Source: Candidatus Algichlamydia australiensis (GTDB lineage Bacteria > Chlamydiota > Chlamydiia > Chlamydiales > JAJFMI01). From it: 64,000 nucleotides of DNA. Below the pieces are notes generated by a model. The model saw nothing but the letters and a program-made list of their open reading frames with translations, was not told where the DNA came from and searched no databases. Below, one piece after another: positions 48,670 through 61,526 of the stretch (position 1 is its first letter; every line of letters begins with the position of its first letter). A program made the position numbers and the translations under genes. Where the stretch lies: contig JAXCHI010000002.1 of assembly GCA_033977065.1 (NCBI GenBank), positions 288,001 to 352,000 on the forward strand. The letters run 5' to 3'.

Positions 48670-49254
48670 ATGACTACAATTTGCCCTGTGCAGCAAATTC
48701 TTACTGATAACCAAACAGAGGCTGATCAAACACGCGAACTTTCAAAATATTATTTTAAAAATAGGACATCTCTTGAGGGTTGGCAAAAAACCGCAGAAAT
48801 TTCTAATGCAGTTGGGGTGGTTCTATTCCTTGGTTTGCAGGATTATCTAAGCGTTACGACGAATAAAGTTCTCTTGTGTTGTGCGATTGCTACTGGTATT
48901 TTTCACACGGCTGCATATTTACAAAAGTTTTTTTGTATTGCTATTCGTCGTCTTGCATCGTGTGAAGGAGAAAAATGTCATGCATTTCATCTTCTTGTAA
49001 ATAAGAAATCAAAGTTAGATAGCAAGAACACTCTAATATTTCGTATTTACGCAGTAAGTTTCTTAAACGCTCTTTTTTTTCAATCAAGCAGTTTTCATAG
49101 TTATTTTTCCGATAAACTAATTTGGAGTCTTACTATTATACCTTTACTGACAATTAGAACTATTCAACAGGATTTGTACAATGAAGAGCTATCTGAAGCT
49201 GCTTTAAATGGCGAGTTTGACACAGTTTGTAAGCAGCTTGTGAATCCAGAATAA
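48670..49254 (+). CDS. Hypothetical membrane protein
   Basis: AAGGAG RBS; several hydrophobic segments; AT-rich. Confidence 0.6.
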   Translation: MTTICPVQQILTDNQTEADQTRELSKYYFKNRTSLEGWQKTAEISNAVGVVLFLGLQDYLSVTTNKVLLCCAIATGIFHTAAYLQKFFCIAIRRLASCEGEKCHAFHLLVNKKSKLDSKNTLIFRIYAVSFLNALFFQSSSFHSYFSDKLIWSLTIIPLLTIRTIQQDLYNEELSEAALNGEFDTVCKQLVNPE

Positions 49255-49308
49255 AACTTAAGTTCTTTAATCGCGCCTAAGTAAACCTTTGTTTTTGGAG
49301 ATTATTTC

Positions 49309-49479
49309 CTCTGTACTGGACAAAAATTTCACCAATGGATGAGCTGTGCCTTTATCAAATCGATTCTCCTTCTCGTCCATAGCACTATGGGCTATGGACT
49401 CGTCGCTCGAAACGCTGCTGCTTCGATTTGATTTTGGCTCGCTTTGCTCCTCTTGGCAAAATTTTTGTCCAGTACAGAA
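49309..49479. mobile_element. Palindromic MITE, family D copy 2 (171 bp, inverted relative to copy 1)
   Basis: CTCTGTACTGGACAAAAATTT...AAATTTTTGTCCAGTACAGAA; perfect 9-bp TSD GATTATTTC (49300-49308, 49480-49488); ~18 differences from copy 1. Confidence 0.9.
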
Positions 49480-49481
49480 GA

Positions 49482-50519
49482 TTATTTCAATTCGTTTTCA
49501 ATTTCTTCAATTGTTGGAAGAGAGTCTTTCAAATTTTCGGGGAGCGATTCCATTATTTGTGTCTCATACTCAGCAACACCAATCGGTTTTTTTACGTCTC
49601 GAAGGGCGTACTCTACTTTCACTCCTTTTTTATCTTTGCAGAGCAAAAGACCGATGCTGGGTTGATCTGGAGGAGAGCGAAGGAGATCGTCAACTGCGCT
49701 TAAATAGAAATTCATTTGTCCTGCATCACGTGGGTCAAAGGAACCAGCTTTAAGTTCTACAACAACATAGCAATGAAGTTTTGTATGATAGAAGAGCAAA
49801 TCTAAGTGATAGGTGTCGTCTGCTACAGTAATTGGATATTGTCGCCCCATAAATGCAAAGCCGTGTCCCAGCTCAACCAAAAACTTCTGAATGTGGTCAA
49901 GTAAACCTCCCTCCAGCTCTTTTTCATCAAACTTTTCTCTTAGAGTCAGAAAGTCAAAATTGTAGGGATCTTTGAGAGTAGCTTGGGCTAAATCAGATTG
50001 AAGAGGTGGCAGAGTATCTTTAAAATTTGAGATTGTTTTCCCTTGTCGCTCGTAAAGGTTGCTTGTAATCCAGTGAAGTAAAACGTTACGGCTCCAACCG
50101 TTTTCAATTGTTTTCTTTATGTACCAGATTCTTTCTTCGTGAGAATTTATTTTCTCTATAAGTAGGATGTTGTGTCCCCATGGAATAGAAAAAATAATGT
50201 GTTTTTGAAATAGTCCCACAGCTTGTGGGACTATTTCGTAAGCTCTGTAAAACGCGCTCATTCTAAACAGGTTGGTTCTCGAGAATCCTTTCATATCTGG
50301 AAAAGCAGATTTGAGGTCTTTAGATAGTTTCTCAAGAGCTTTTGCACCCCATCCCTCTTCTTTTTGCTTTTGGCTAAGAGCGCTACCAATCTCCCAATAG
50401 AGTTGGATGAGCTCTCTGTTAACAGAAAGAGCTGCTTTGATTTGTGAAGAACGTACTTTTTGCTTAATTTCTTGCAAAAGTTGTTTGTACCCCGAACCGA
50501 TAACAGTTGCTTCCGACAT
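49482..50519 (-). CDS. YhcG/DUF1016 PD-(D/E)XK nuclease-domain protein
   Basis: VNRELIQLYWEIG, GFSRTNL, IPWGHN, KDPYNFDFL, FLVELG.GFAF.GRQ, DLLFYH, VVELK. Confidence 0.93.
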   Translation of the reverse strand: MSEATVIGSGYKQLLQEIKQKVRSSQIKAALSVNRELIQLYWEIGSALSQKQKEEGWGAKALEKLSKDLKSAFPDMKGFSRTNLFRMSAFYRAYEIVPQAVGLFQKHIIFSIPWGHNILLIEKINSHEERIWYIKKTIENGWSRNVLLHWITSNLYERQGKTISNFKDTLPPLQSDLAQATLKDPYNFDFLTLREKFDEKELEGGLLDHIQKFLVELGHGFAFMGRQYPITVADDTYHLDLLFYHTKLHCYVVVELKAGSFDPRDAGQMNFYLSAVDDLLRSPPDQPSIGLLLCKDKKGVKVEYALRDVKKPIGVAEYETQIMESLPENLKDSLPTIEEIENELK

Positions 50520-50593
50520 TACCAAATCTCCCTTTGCGATAAATTATGAAGATTTTAAGAGATTATAGCAACTTCTTGAGTTGTAGCAGTAAT

Positions 50594-52408
50594 TTAGCCG
50601 CGGGCTTTGCTTTTGCGTTCGACCTCTGTCAGGTAGCGTTTGCGCAAGCGGATTGTTTTGGGAGTCACTTCAATAAGCTCATCATCTTCAATAAAATCGA
50701 TCGCTTGCTCGAGAGTCATTTTTCGTGGAGGTGTAAGGACGACGTTTTCGTCTGTGCCTGAGGCGCGGACGTTTGTCAATTTTTTCTCTCGGACGGCGTT
50801 GACAACGAGATCGTTGTCGCGGTTGTGTTCTCCGACAAGCATCCCTTCGTAGACTTCGTCATTGGCGGTGCAAAAGAGCGTGCCGCGCTCTTGGAGATTG
50901 AAGAGGGAGTAGGGAGTAGCGCGTCCTTTGCCGCCAGCAATCATAGCGCCGTTTTTGCGGCCCGGGATTTCGCCTTTCCATGGGGCGAAGGAATCGAAAG
51001 TAGAGGTCAAAATTCCTTTGCCGCGAGTTTGTGTGAGGAAATCACTGCGATAGCCCATCAGCGCACGGGTTGGCATCCAAAATTGAATGGTGGAGATGCT
51101 ATGCTCATTGGTTTGCATTTCGCGCATCTCACCCTTACGGCGGTTAAGCTCTTCGATAACAGAACCAGAAAACTCTTCTGGCACTTCGATGTGTACTAGT
51201 TCGTAGGGTTCGTGGCGAATTCCCTCTACCTCTTTAATGAGAACTTGCGGTTTGGAGAGAGAGAATTCAAAATTTTCGCGACGCATCGCTTCAATGAGAA
51301 TGGCAAGGTGCAGCTCGCCCTTTCCAAAGACGCGTACAAAATCTTCTTTGCCATAATGCTCCTCAATATTGTAGGAAATGTTCGCACGTTTTTCTTTAAG
51401 GAGTCGATCGCGAATCTTATTCATGGTGACGTGTGCCCCATCTTTTCCTACAAACGGGCTGCTGTTAACGAGGAAGTCAACAGAGAGGGTGGGCTCAGAA
51501 AGCTCGATAGGAGGGAGTTGGTTGACGTTTTCAGGATCGCAGAGGGTATCACCAATGTTGACTTCTGGTGCTCCGGCAATCGAGACAATATCTCCGACAA
51601 AAGCCTCTTCAAGTTCGACTTTTTCCAGGCCAAGGTACCCCTGGATACGTGTCACTTTGTGCTGAGTCGGGTGGCCTTCACGGTTGATCATGGTGAAAGA
51701 GTCAGCTTTTTTGATTTTCCCTTCTAGAATACGACCGGTTGCTTGGCGACCGAGGTAGTCATCATAAGAGAGGGTAGTCGCTTGCATGAGGAAGGGAAGA
51801 TCAGGATTTCCTGAAGGCTCAGGAATTTTTTCAATGATCATTTCAAATAGCGGACGCATGTCGACACGTGGATCATCAAGTTTGAGCATAGCGAAGCCGT
51901 TCAAGGCTGAGGCGTAGAGATAGGGGAAGTCAAGCTGTTCGTCGGTGGCGCCGAGTTCAACAAAAAGATCGAAGGTGAGGTTAAGCGCATTTTCAGGATC
52001 AGCGTGTGGGCGGTCGATTTTGTTAAAGACAACAATTGGTTTGAGACCAAGTTTGAGTGCTTCAGAGAGAACAAAACGCGTCTGGGGCATGGGACCGTCT
52101 GCGGCATCAACAAGAAGAAGAACAGAGCTTACCATGCCAAGTACGCGTTCCACTTCTCCAGAAAAGTCGGCGTGCCCGGGAGTGTCAATTAAATTTATTT
52201 TTACATCATCGAAATAAAGGCTTGTATGCTTAGCAAATATTGTAATTCCCCGCTCACGTTCCAAAGCGTAACTATCCATCACGCGTTCAGGCACAGCTTC
52301 TCCTTCACGAAAGAGCTGAGATTGGGCTAGTAAACTATCTAAAAGTGTTGTCTTTCCATGATCGATGTGAGCGATGATGGCAATATTTCGTATGCTTTTC
52401 TTTGTCAT
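50594..52408 (-). CDS. typA: Translational GTPase TypA/BipA
   Basis: [53 protein letters not shown] at 52408. Confidence 0.96.
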   Translation of the reverse strand: MTKKSIRNIAIIAHIDHGKTTLLDSLLAQSQLFREGEAVPERVMDSYALERERGITIFAKHTSLYFDDVKINLIDTPGHADFSGEVERVLGMVSSVLLLVDAADGPMPQTRFVLSEALKLGLKPIVVFNKIDRPHADPENALNLTFDLFVELGATDEQLDFPYLYASALNGFAMLKLDDPRVDMRPLFEMIIEKIPEPSGNPDLPFLMQATTLSYDDYLGRQATGRILEGKIKKADSFTMINREGHPTQHKVTRIQGYLGLEKVELEEAFVGDIVSIAGAPEVNIGDTLCDPENVNQLPPIELSEPTLSVDFLVNSSPFVGKDGAHVTMNKIRDRLLKEKRANISYNIEEHYGKEDFVRVFGKGELHLAILIEAMRRENFEFSLSKPQVLIKEVEGIRHEPYELVHIEVPEEFSGSVIEELNRRKGEMREMQTNEHSISTIQFWMPTRALMGYRSDFLTQTRGKGILTSTFDSFAPWKGEIPGRKNGAMIAGGKGRATPYSLFNLQERGTLFCTANDEVYEGMLVGEHNRDNDLVVNAVREKKLTNVRASGTDENVVLTPPRKMTLEQAIDFIEDDELIEVTPKTIRLRKRYLTEVERKSKARG

Positions 52409-52485
52409 AATAGAATCATTGTAACAGATTGTCTCTTTCGTTAACAGAAGCAAAATAGTTGTACTTTTGAAAGAATTTTGGTACA

Positions 52486-55309
<2,824 letters not shown>

Positions 55310-55317
55310 AGGTATTT

Positions 55318-57777
55318 ATGTCCTACACAAAAGGCGAAGAAATATTAGACCGCAATGTTGAAGAAGAGGTGAAGGAGAGCTATATCCGCTACTCCATGTC
55401 TGTGATTATTTCACGGGCCCTGCCCGATGTGCGCGACGGGTTAAAACCCTCCCAGCGCCGTATCCTCTACGCCATGCGCCAACTCAATCTCTCTCCTGGA
55501 GCTAAGCACAGAAAGTGCGCAAAAATATCTGGAGATACATCAGGGGACTTTCACCCGCATGGGGAGACGGTCATCTACCCAACGCTTGTGCGAATGGCGC
55601 AAGAGTGGGTGATGCGCTATCCACTTGTGGATGGACAAGGAAACTTTGGATCTGTTGATGGCGATCCGCCAGCTGCGATGCGTTATACAGAAGCGCGTCT
55701 AACGCACCCCTGCATGGCCTTAATGGAGGATCTTGACAAAGAGACTGTTGACTTTGTTCCTAACTACGACGAAACCAAAAAAGAGCCGACCGTTCTCCCT
55801 GCAAAATTCCCAAACCTGCTCTGCAACGGCTCATCAGGTATTGCTGTCGGAATGGCAACCAATATCCCGCCACACAACTTGGGTGAATTGATTCTTGCAG
55901 CCAACCTGCTTCTTGATGATCCAGCGACAACCATCGACCAGATCATGCAAGTGATGCCAGCACCTGACTTCCCATCAGGTGGGGTGATCTGCGGTTATCG
56001 CGGGATCAAAGAAGCCTTCCATACAGGACGTGGAAAAATTATCTTACGTGGACTCATTGAAGTCGAAGATATGCAGCAGGCTGATCGCCAGCGCATCATT
56101 ATCAATGAAATTCCTTACAACGTAAACAAGTCGCGACTCATTGAAAAAATAGCCGACCTGATTAACGACAAAGCCATCACAGGAATTGCCGACCTGCGCG
56201 ATGAGTCGGACAAAGATGGCATGCGCATTGCACTTGATCTGAAACGCGGTGAGATCCCCGACGTGATTGCCAACCAGCTCTACAAATATACCGATATGCA
56301 GGTTACCTTCGGCTGCAACATGCTTGCGCTAGATAAAGGTCTACCGCGCGTGATGAACGTCAAGCAGATGTTGCAATCGTGGATCGATCACCGCATTGAA
56401 GTCATCCGCCGCCGCACACGCTATGAGCTTGCTAAAGCCGAAGCGCGCGCTCATATCTTAGAAGGTTACCTTAAAGCGCTTGATAACCTCGATGAGCTTG
56501 TCAAAATGATCCGCGCCTCTGCGAACCGTGACGAGGCAAAACGCGGGATTATCGCCCGCTTTGAGTTTACCGATCGCCAGGCCAACGCTGTCCTCGACTT
56601 AAAACTCTATCAACTTACCGGACTTGAACTTGATAAGATCCAAGCTGAGTACGATGAACTCCAAAAGAAAATTGCGCATTACCGCAAAATTTTGGCTAGC
56701 GAGCAGATGGTACGCGACATCATTAAAGATGAACTTGAAGCTCTAAAAAAGCATGCGAAGTCTGACCGCCGCACAAAAATCATTGCGGCAGAAGGCGAGT
56801 TCAATATGGAAGACCTCATTGCTGATGAGCAGGTGATCATCACCATCTCTGGCGATGACTATGTCAAACGCATGCCAGTCAACACCTTCCGTGAACAGCG
56901 TCGTGGAGGCCAAGGCGTTGTCGGCATTGAGATGCGCAAAGACTCTGACTCATTAAAAGATGTCTATACTGCTTCAACACACGACCATCTTCTTGTCTTT
57001 ACAAACTTTGGTCGCTGCTACCAGCTGAAAGTTTGGGAGATCCCAGAATCGGGTCGTCGTTCTAAAGGAAAGGCACTTGTCAACCTTCTTGAAGGCATTT
57101 CAAAAGATGAAAAAATTGCTGCAGTAATGCGTGTGAAAAACTTCGAAGATCAAGCTTGTATCCTTCTTGCAACAGCAAACGGTGTGGTCAAGAAGACAGA
57201 GCTTTCCGCTTTCAGCAACCAGCGCAAAAAAGGCGTCTTTGCCATCAACATTGATGAGGGAGATGAAGTGATTGCTGCTCGTCTTGTGCTAGATGAACAA
57301 GAGGTAATGCTCTTTACCAAGGCAGGAATGGCTGTACGCTTTAACCAAGAAGATGTGCGTGCAATGGGCCGCATGGCGCGTGGAGTGCGTGGTGTCTCCT
57401 TAAAAGATAAAGCAGATGGTGTTATTTCTTGCGAAATTGTTACAGGCAATGAAACACTTCTTATTGTTTGTGAAAACGGATTTGGAAAACGCTCAAATGT
57501 TGACCAGTTCCGCAAAACAAAACGCGGGGGAGTGGGTGTTCGCTCTATCATCACAAGCCGTCGCAACGGTGACGTGGTTGGTGCGATCTCAGTTGGCGAT
57601 CGCGATAGCGTACTTGTCATGTCAAATTCAGGGCAGACAATCCGCATGCGCATGAAAGATGTGCGTGTGATGGGACGCTCCACACAAGGCGTCTGCTTAG
57701 TCAACCTCAAAGGCAAAGAAGACTCCATTGTTGGCCTGCAGAAACTGGAAGACATTGAAAAAGAGGAAGAGGCTTGA
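55318..57777 (+). CDS. gyrA: DNA gyrase subunit A
   Basis: SRALPDVRDGLKP, AAMRYTEAR, GyrA-box QRRGGQG. Confidence 0.98.
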   Translation: MSYTKGEEILDRNVEEEVKESYIRYSMSVIISRALPDVRDGLKPSQRRILYAMRQLNLSPGAKHRKCAKISGDTSGDFHPHGETVIYPTLVRMAQEWVMRYPLVDGQGNFGSVDGDPPAAMRYTEARLTHPCMALMEDLDKETVDFVPNYDETKKEPTVLPAKFPNLLCNGSSGIAVGMATNIPPHNLGELILAANLLLDDPATTIDQIMQVMPAPDFPSGGVICGYRGIKEAFHTGRGKIILRGLIEVEDMQQADRQRIIINEIPYNVNKSRLIEKIADLINDKAITGIADLRDESDKDGMRIALDLKRGEIPDVIANQLYKYTDMQVTFGCNMLALDKGLPRVMNVKQMLQSWIDHRIEVIRRRTRYELAKAEARAHILEGYLKALDNLDELVKMIRASANRDEAKRGIIARFEFTDRQANAVLDLKLYQLTGLELDKIQAEYDELQKKIAHYRKILASEQMVRDIIKDELEALKKHAKSDRRTKIIAAEGEFNMEDLIADEQVIITISGDDYVKRMPVNTFREQRRGGQGVVGIEMRKDSDSLKDVYTASTHDHLLVFTNFGRCYQLKVWEIPESGRRSKGKALVNLLEGISKDEKIAAVMRVKNFEDQACILLATANGVVKKTELSAFSNQRKKGVFAINIDEGDEVIAARLVLDEQEVMLFTKAGMAVRFNQEDVRAMGRMARGVRGVSLKDKADGVISCEIVTGNETLLIVCENGFGKRSNVDQFRKTKRGGVGVRSIITSRRNGDVVGAISVGDRDSVLVMSNSGQTIRMRMKDVRVMGRSTQGVCLVNLKGKEDSIVGLQKLEDIEKEEEA

Positions 57778-58421
57778 AGCTACCCGGACTCTTCATTACC
57801 TTTGAAGGGGGAGAGGGGGCTGGCAAGAGCACCTTGATAGAGCACCTTGCTGAAAAACTGCGTACTGATGGTCATGAAATCATCCAAACACGTGAACCTG
57901 GAGGCTGCTCGCTTTCGAACCGCATCCGCGATCTGCTCAACCATAAAGAGAGCTTCATCTCTGCCAAAACGGAACTCCTTCTCTTTCTTGCTTCACGAGC
58001 GCAACACGTTGAAGAAGTGATCGAGCCGGCACTTAGAGCTGGCAAAATGGTTCTTTGCGATCGCTTTAATGACTCTACGCTCGCGTATCAAGGTGTCGCG
58101 CGCAGCATCGATTTAAAACTCGTAAAAGAGTTGTGCGACTTTGTCTCCCTCCATATTGAACCCGATCTTACCCTTTTTCTTGATATTGATCCTGAAGAGG
58201 GGCTGCGTCGCATCAAAAGTCGCCAAGATGATCATACTCCTCTTGAAAACCTCGACAATGAAGGTCTAGACTTTCATACAGACGTGCGCAAAGCCTACCT
58301 CTCTATGATCCAGGAAAATCCGAAACGCATGCGCCGCGTTGATGCTTCGCTTACTCCGAGCGAAGTTTGCCGCCTTGCCTACAAAGAGATCACCAGCTAT
58401 GTCGCAAATACTCGGGCATGA
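57774..58421 (+). CDS. tmk: Thymidylate kinase
   Basis: FITFEGGEGAGKST, TREPGG, LCDRF. Confidence 0.96.
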   Translation: MKLPGLFITFEGGEGAGKSTLIEHLAEKLRTDGHEIIQTREPGGCSLSNRIRDLLNHKESFISAKTELLLFLASRAQHVEEVIEPALRAGKMVLCDRFNDSTLAYQGVARSIDLKLVKELCDFVSLHIEPDLTLFLDIDPEEGLRRIKSRQDDHTPLENLDNEGLDFHTDVRKAYLSMIQENPKRMRRVDASLTPSEVCRLAYKEITSYVANTRA

Positions 58422-59220
58422 AAAAGAGCGCAAAGCTCTCGATCGACTCCTCGCAACAGAACGCCTCCCTGCAACCCTTCTTTTTCACGGCCTAGACGGT
58501 ATCGGCAAAAAACTCATTGCACAAGATTTTGCGCAAAAACTCTCCTCAAACGAAGACATTCGTACCTTTGCTCCCGAAGCCAAATCAGGTTATCTCATTG
58601 AAACGATCAAACGCATCATTACTGAGGCAATGCAAAACCCCTACAATGCTCCTTGCAGAATCCTTATTCTTGATGATGCGCACAAAATGCTGCCTGCTCA
58701 CGCAAACGCTCTACTCAAGACCCTAGAAGAACCACTCCCCACAACGAACTTTATCCTCATCACCGATCAACCACAAAAACTTCTTCCTACTATCTGCTCT
58801 CGTAGTTTTGCCCTAAAATTTCAGCCTCTGCCTAACCTACCCAAGCTCGCCTGCGGTTCCCTCGGTCGTCAAAAACGCCTCGAGCAAAACGACCTTTACA
58901 CGCGCTTTCTCTCCTGGATCATGGCACCCGACTTTTGCGCCTCTCAAGAAGCGCTTGCGACTTTTGAAGAGACTGAGCTTCCTGACATCCTCCACCTCTA
59001 TCTTCTTTGGATTCGCGATCTGGAACACTTGAAACTGGGCGGAAACAACCTGCACTTTGATGCTGACCTCATCACACCCTACAAAGAACAAAACTATCCC
59101 AGCTACGAGATAGCCCTCAAACAAGTAGAAAAAGTAGAAGACGCGCTGCTCTACAACGTCAAATGGCAAGCGTTACTTGGTGCACTCCGGGAAACCCACA
59201 GCAACGCGGTAAATCTCTAA
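58399..59220 (+). CDS. holB: DNA polymerase III delta' subunit
   Basis: LLFHGLDGIGK, ANALLKTLEEP, LPTICSR; follows tmk. Confidence 0.88.
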   Translation: MSQILGHEKERKALDRLLATERLPATLLFHGLDGIGKKLIAQDFAQKLSSNEDIRTFAPEAKSGYLIETIKRIITEAMQNPYNAPCRILILDDAHKMLPAHANALLKTLEEPLPTTNFILITDQPQKLLPTICSRSFALKFQPLPNLPKLACGSLGRQKRLEQNDLYTRFLSWIMAPDFCASQEALATFEETELPDILHLYLLWIRDLEHLKLGGNNLHFDADLITPYKEQNYPSYEIALKQVEKVEDALLYNVKWQALLGALRETHSNAVNL

Positions 59221-59757
59221 TAAATGGTCCACGCCATTCATAGCTCTGTGAGGATGTTCCTCACTTCCCAGACCCAGAAATTTGGCAATCTTGTCTTTTG
59301 TAAACCCCGTTTTCCAAGGCAAATGCTCACCCTTTTGTAGTTGCAAAGCCCAAAACATAGAAGCCATATCAAGCCAGTGATAGGGCCAACCATTTTGTTC
59401 TTGCACATCAACGTCAATAATTGAAGAGAAAAAAACACGATCAAAAGAGGGGTTTTGGCAGATAAAAACGCTGCTGCCGCGTTTGATCCCTTGCGCCTTA
59501 AAATCAAGAATGACCTCTTTTGCAATCTCATCCGCGCTTATACCATGCGTTACATCTTCCCAAGTAAACCCATTCACATCTAAACTCTCGGGATCACTCT
59601 GCTTCCACTCATCATGAGTAATCTTGCGCAGAGAGGAGAATTGGCTTAAACACTCTCCGCTGTTTAAATCCACAATCTTGTACGCGAGCTCGATAAGACG
59701 ATGCTGACGAAAATTTAAACCATTCGTTTCTGTATCTAGAAAAATGCCCTTCATCAA
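59173..59757 (-). CDS. DEDDh 3'-5' exonuclease
   Basis: FLDTETNGL, QNPSFD, HRAMNGV. Confidence 0.88.
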   Translation of the reverse strand: MMKGIFLDTETNGLNFRQHRLIELAYKIVDLNSGECLSQFSSLRKITHDEWKQSDPESLDVNGFTWEDVTHGISADEIAKEVILDFKAQGIKRGSSVFICQNPSFDRVFFSSIIDVDVQEQNGWPYHWLDMASMFWALQLQKGEHLPWKTGFTKDKIAKFLGLGSEEHPHRAMNGVDHLLEIYRVAVGFPECTK

Positions 59758-59821
59758 AAAATTAGCATGTAAAATGAAACTTTATGTTAACAAATAGGAA
59801 GACGGTTGACAAGGACTAACG

Positions 59822-60280
59822 ATGGATATTGGACTAAAAAAAGAGGATTGCAAAACGATTTGCACCATATTAAATACAACACTTGCTACTACATACGCTA
59901 TCTATCTCAAAACACAATTTTTTCATTGGAATGTTACTGGAAAAGAGTTCTATGCGCTGCACGTCTTATTTCAAAAACAGTATGAAGAGATGGCCGAAGC
60001 GATTGATGAAGTTGCTGAGCGCGTTCGCGCACTTGGAGAATATCCTCCAGGATCTTTTTCTTCTTTTGCTAAACTTTCACAAATTCAAGAAGAAAGTCTA
60101 GCGCCCTCTTCAGATAAGATGCTTCAAATTCTCACAACAGATCATCAAACTCTTATCTGCTATCTGCGCAAACATCTGTCTCAAATAGAAGATCTGCAAG
60201 ATGGCGCAACAGCTGATTTGATCAATAAGCGCCTTGCTATACATGAGAAGGCGGCATGGATGCTTCGTTCAAGTATTTAA
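59822..60280 (+). CDS. dps: DNA protection during starvation protein
   Basis: FHWNVTG..F..LH..F, DEVAER, HEKAAWML. Confidence 0.95.
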   Translation: MDIGLKKEDCKTICTILNTTLATTYAIYLKTQFFHWNVTGKEFYALHVLFQKQYEEMAEAIDEVAERVRALGEYPPGSFSSFAKLSQIQEESLAPSSDKMLQILTTDHQTLICYLRKHLSQIEDLQDGATADLINKRLAIHEKAAWMLRSSI

Positions 60281-60407
60281 ATTTTTAAGCTCTTTTCTTT
60301 ATTTTTCTTTTACAAAAAATTCACTTCATCTATAAGTGTCATCTACATAACAGTTGGTGCGTACTTTTCTGAAAGGGCGCATCAAAAAAAAGATGAGGTA
60401 ATTAAAG

Positions 60408-61337
60408 ATGGCAACAGAAGTAGCAAGAAGAGTAGCAAATGAAGCAATGGAAATGTGCTCTGCAGGGGTTGGTAGAGTAGATTTATTAAAGGATCCCAAA
60501 TTAAAAGATGCAGTATTGGTAATTACAACAATTGCCTCTGCAACATTTTTTGCAATTTCAATTTACAAAATCTTTACTACTTGGGGACAAAAACAAAAAA
60601 TTTCTGATCTTAATGCTGAAGTAAAAGGTCTAAAAGACAACGTAGAAGAAAAAGGCAAAGAGGTAAGTGAGCTACAAAAAGATAAAGCTGACATGCAGAG
60701 AACCGTCGATACTAAAACAGAAGAAATTAGAAAACTTCGATTGCAGGTAGATGATGTACAAGAAAAGTTAGCTGGAGCTGAATCTGAACTTGCTAAAGAC
60801 AATGAACGAATAGCAAAAATTGCTATGGAAAGCGCTAAAAATGTGCTTTACCTACAAAACCAAGAAGAATGCTTTGATGAAGAAAGTTCAACAATTACAG
60901 TTGAAGCAGGATCAGAGGCCGCTCTTCAAGAATACCTGAATGGTACTCCTGCAAAGGAAGAAGAAACGAGCGCAAAGCCAGCAGCAGCAGAAGAAAGCGC
61001 GGAGCCAAAGGCAGCGGAAGAAAGCGCGGAGCCAAAGGCAGCGGAAGAAAGCGCGGAGCCAAAGGCAGCGGAAGAAAGCGCGGAGCCAAAGGCAGCGGAA
61101 GAAAGCGCGGAGCCAAAGGCAGCGGAAGAAAGCGCGGAGCCAAAGGCAGCGGAAGAAAGCGCGGAGCCAAAGGCAGCGGAAGAAAGCGCGGAGCCAAAGG
61201 CAGCGGAAGAAAGCGCGGAGCCAAAGGCAGCGGAAGAAAGCGCGGAGCCAAAGGCAGCGGAAGCAAACGCGGAGCCAAAGGCAGCGGAAGCAAACGCGGA
61301 GCCAGCAGCAACGGAAGACACTGAAGAAGAAAAGTGA
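60408..61337 (+). CDS. Membrane-anchored coiled-coil protein with acidic tandem-repeat tail
   Basis: GAGG RBS; TM, heptads, (AAEESAEPK)n; terminator downstream. Confidence 0.8.
   Translation: MATEVARRVANEAMEMCSAGVGRVDLLKDPKLKDAVLVITTIASATFFAISIYKIFTTWGQKQKISDLNAEVKGLKDNVEEKGKEVSELQKDKADMQRTVDTKTEEIRKLRLQVDDVQEKLAGAESELAKDNERIAKIAMESAKNVLYLQNQEECFDEESSTITVEAGSEAALQEYLNGTPAKEEETSAKPAAAEESAEPKAAEESAEPKAAEESAEPKAAEESAEPKAAEESAEPKAAEESAEPKAAEESAEPKAAEESAEPKAAEESAEPKAAEESAEPKAAEANAEPKAAEANAEPAATEDTEEEK
60984..61307 (+). repeat. 27-bp VNTR, 12 units
   Basis: GCAGCGGAAGAAAGCGCGGAGCCAAAG x10 (first unit with one change) plus two AAEANAEP variants. Confidence 0.95.
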
Positions 61338-61397
61338 GGTTAGTAAAAAGTGGCCTCTTTGCTGTGCCTGAGAATTGCTTTTAGGTGCTGTAATCAA

Positions 61398-61432
61398 AAG
61401 TCCATGGAGAAAGTTCTCTGTGGGCTTTTTTT
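61398..61432 (+). terminator. Rho-independent terminator
   Basis: AAGTCCATGGAGA/TCTCTGTGGGCTT stem (with G-U pairs) followed by a T-run. Confidence 0.7.
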
Positions 61433-61526
61433 GTTTTCAGATCGAGGTTTAGTCCTTTACAGTTTGTTTTAGTTTTTGATAAACTTATCCTTTCTTTAAT
61501 AACAATTAGAAAATTTAAGGATAATA

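Noticed and set aside
1365..49479. Integron attC cassette sites
   Set aside because: No integrase and no regular gene-site array; TSDs point to transposition.
57150..57755. 201-aa ORF antisense to gyrA, and similar ORFs antisense to typA and gyrB
   Set aside because: Typical shadow ORFs of conserved genes, with no recognisable motifs.
60984..61307. CRISPR array
   Set aside because: Contiguous 27-bp units with no spacers, in frame within a gene; no cas genes.
60895..61397. Alternative-frame and antisense repeat ORFs
   Set aside because: By-products of a stop-free 27-bp repeat.
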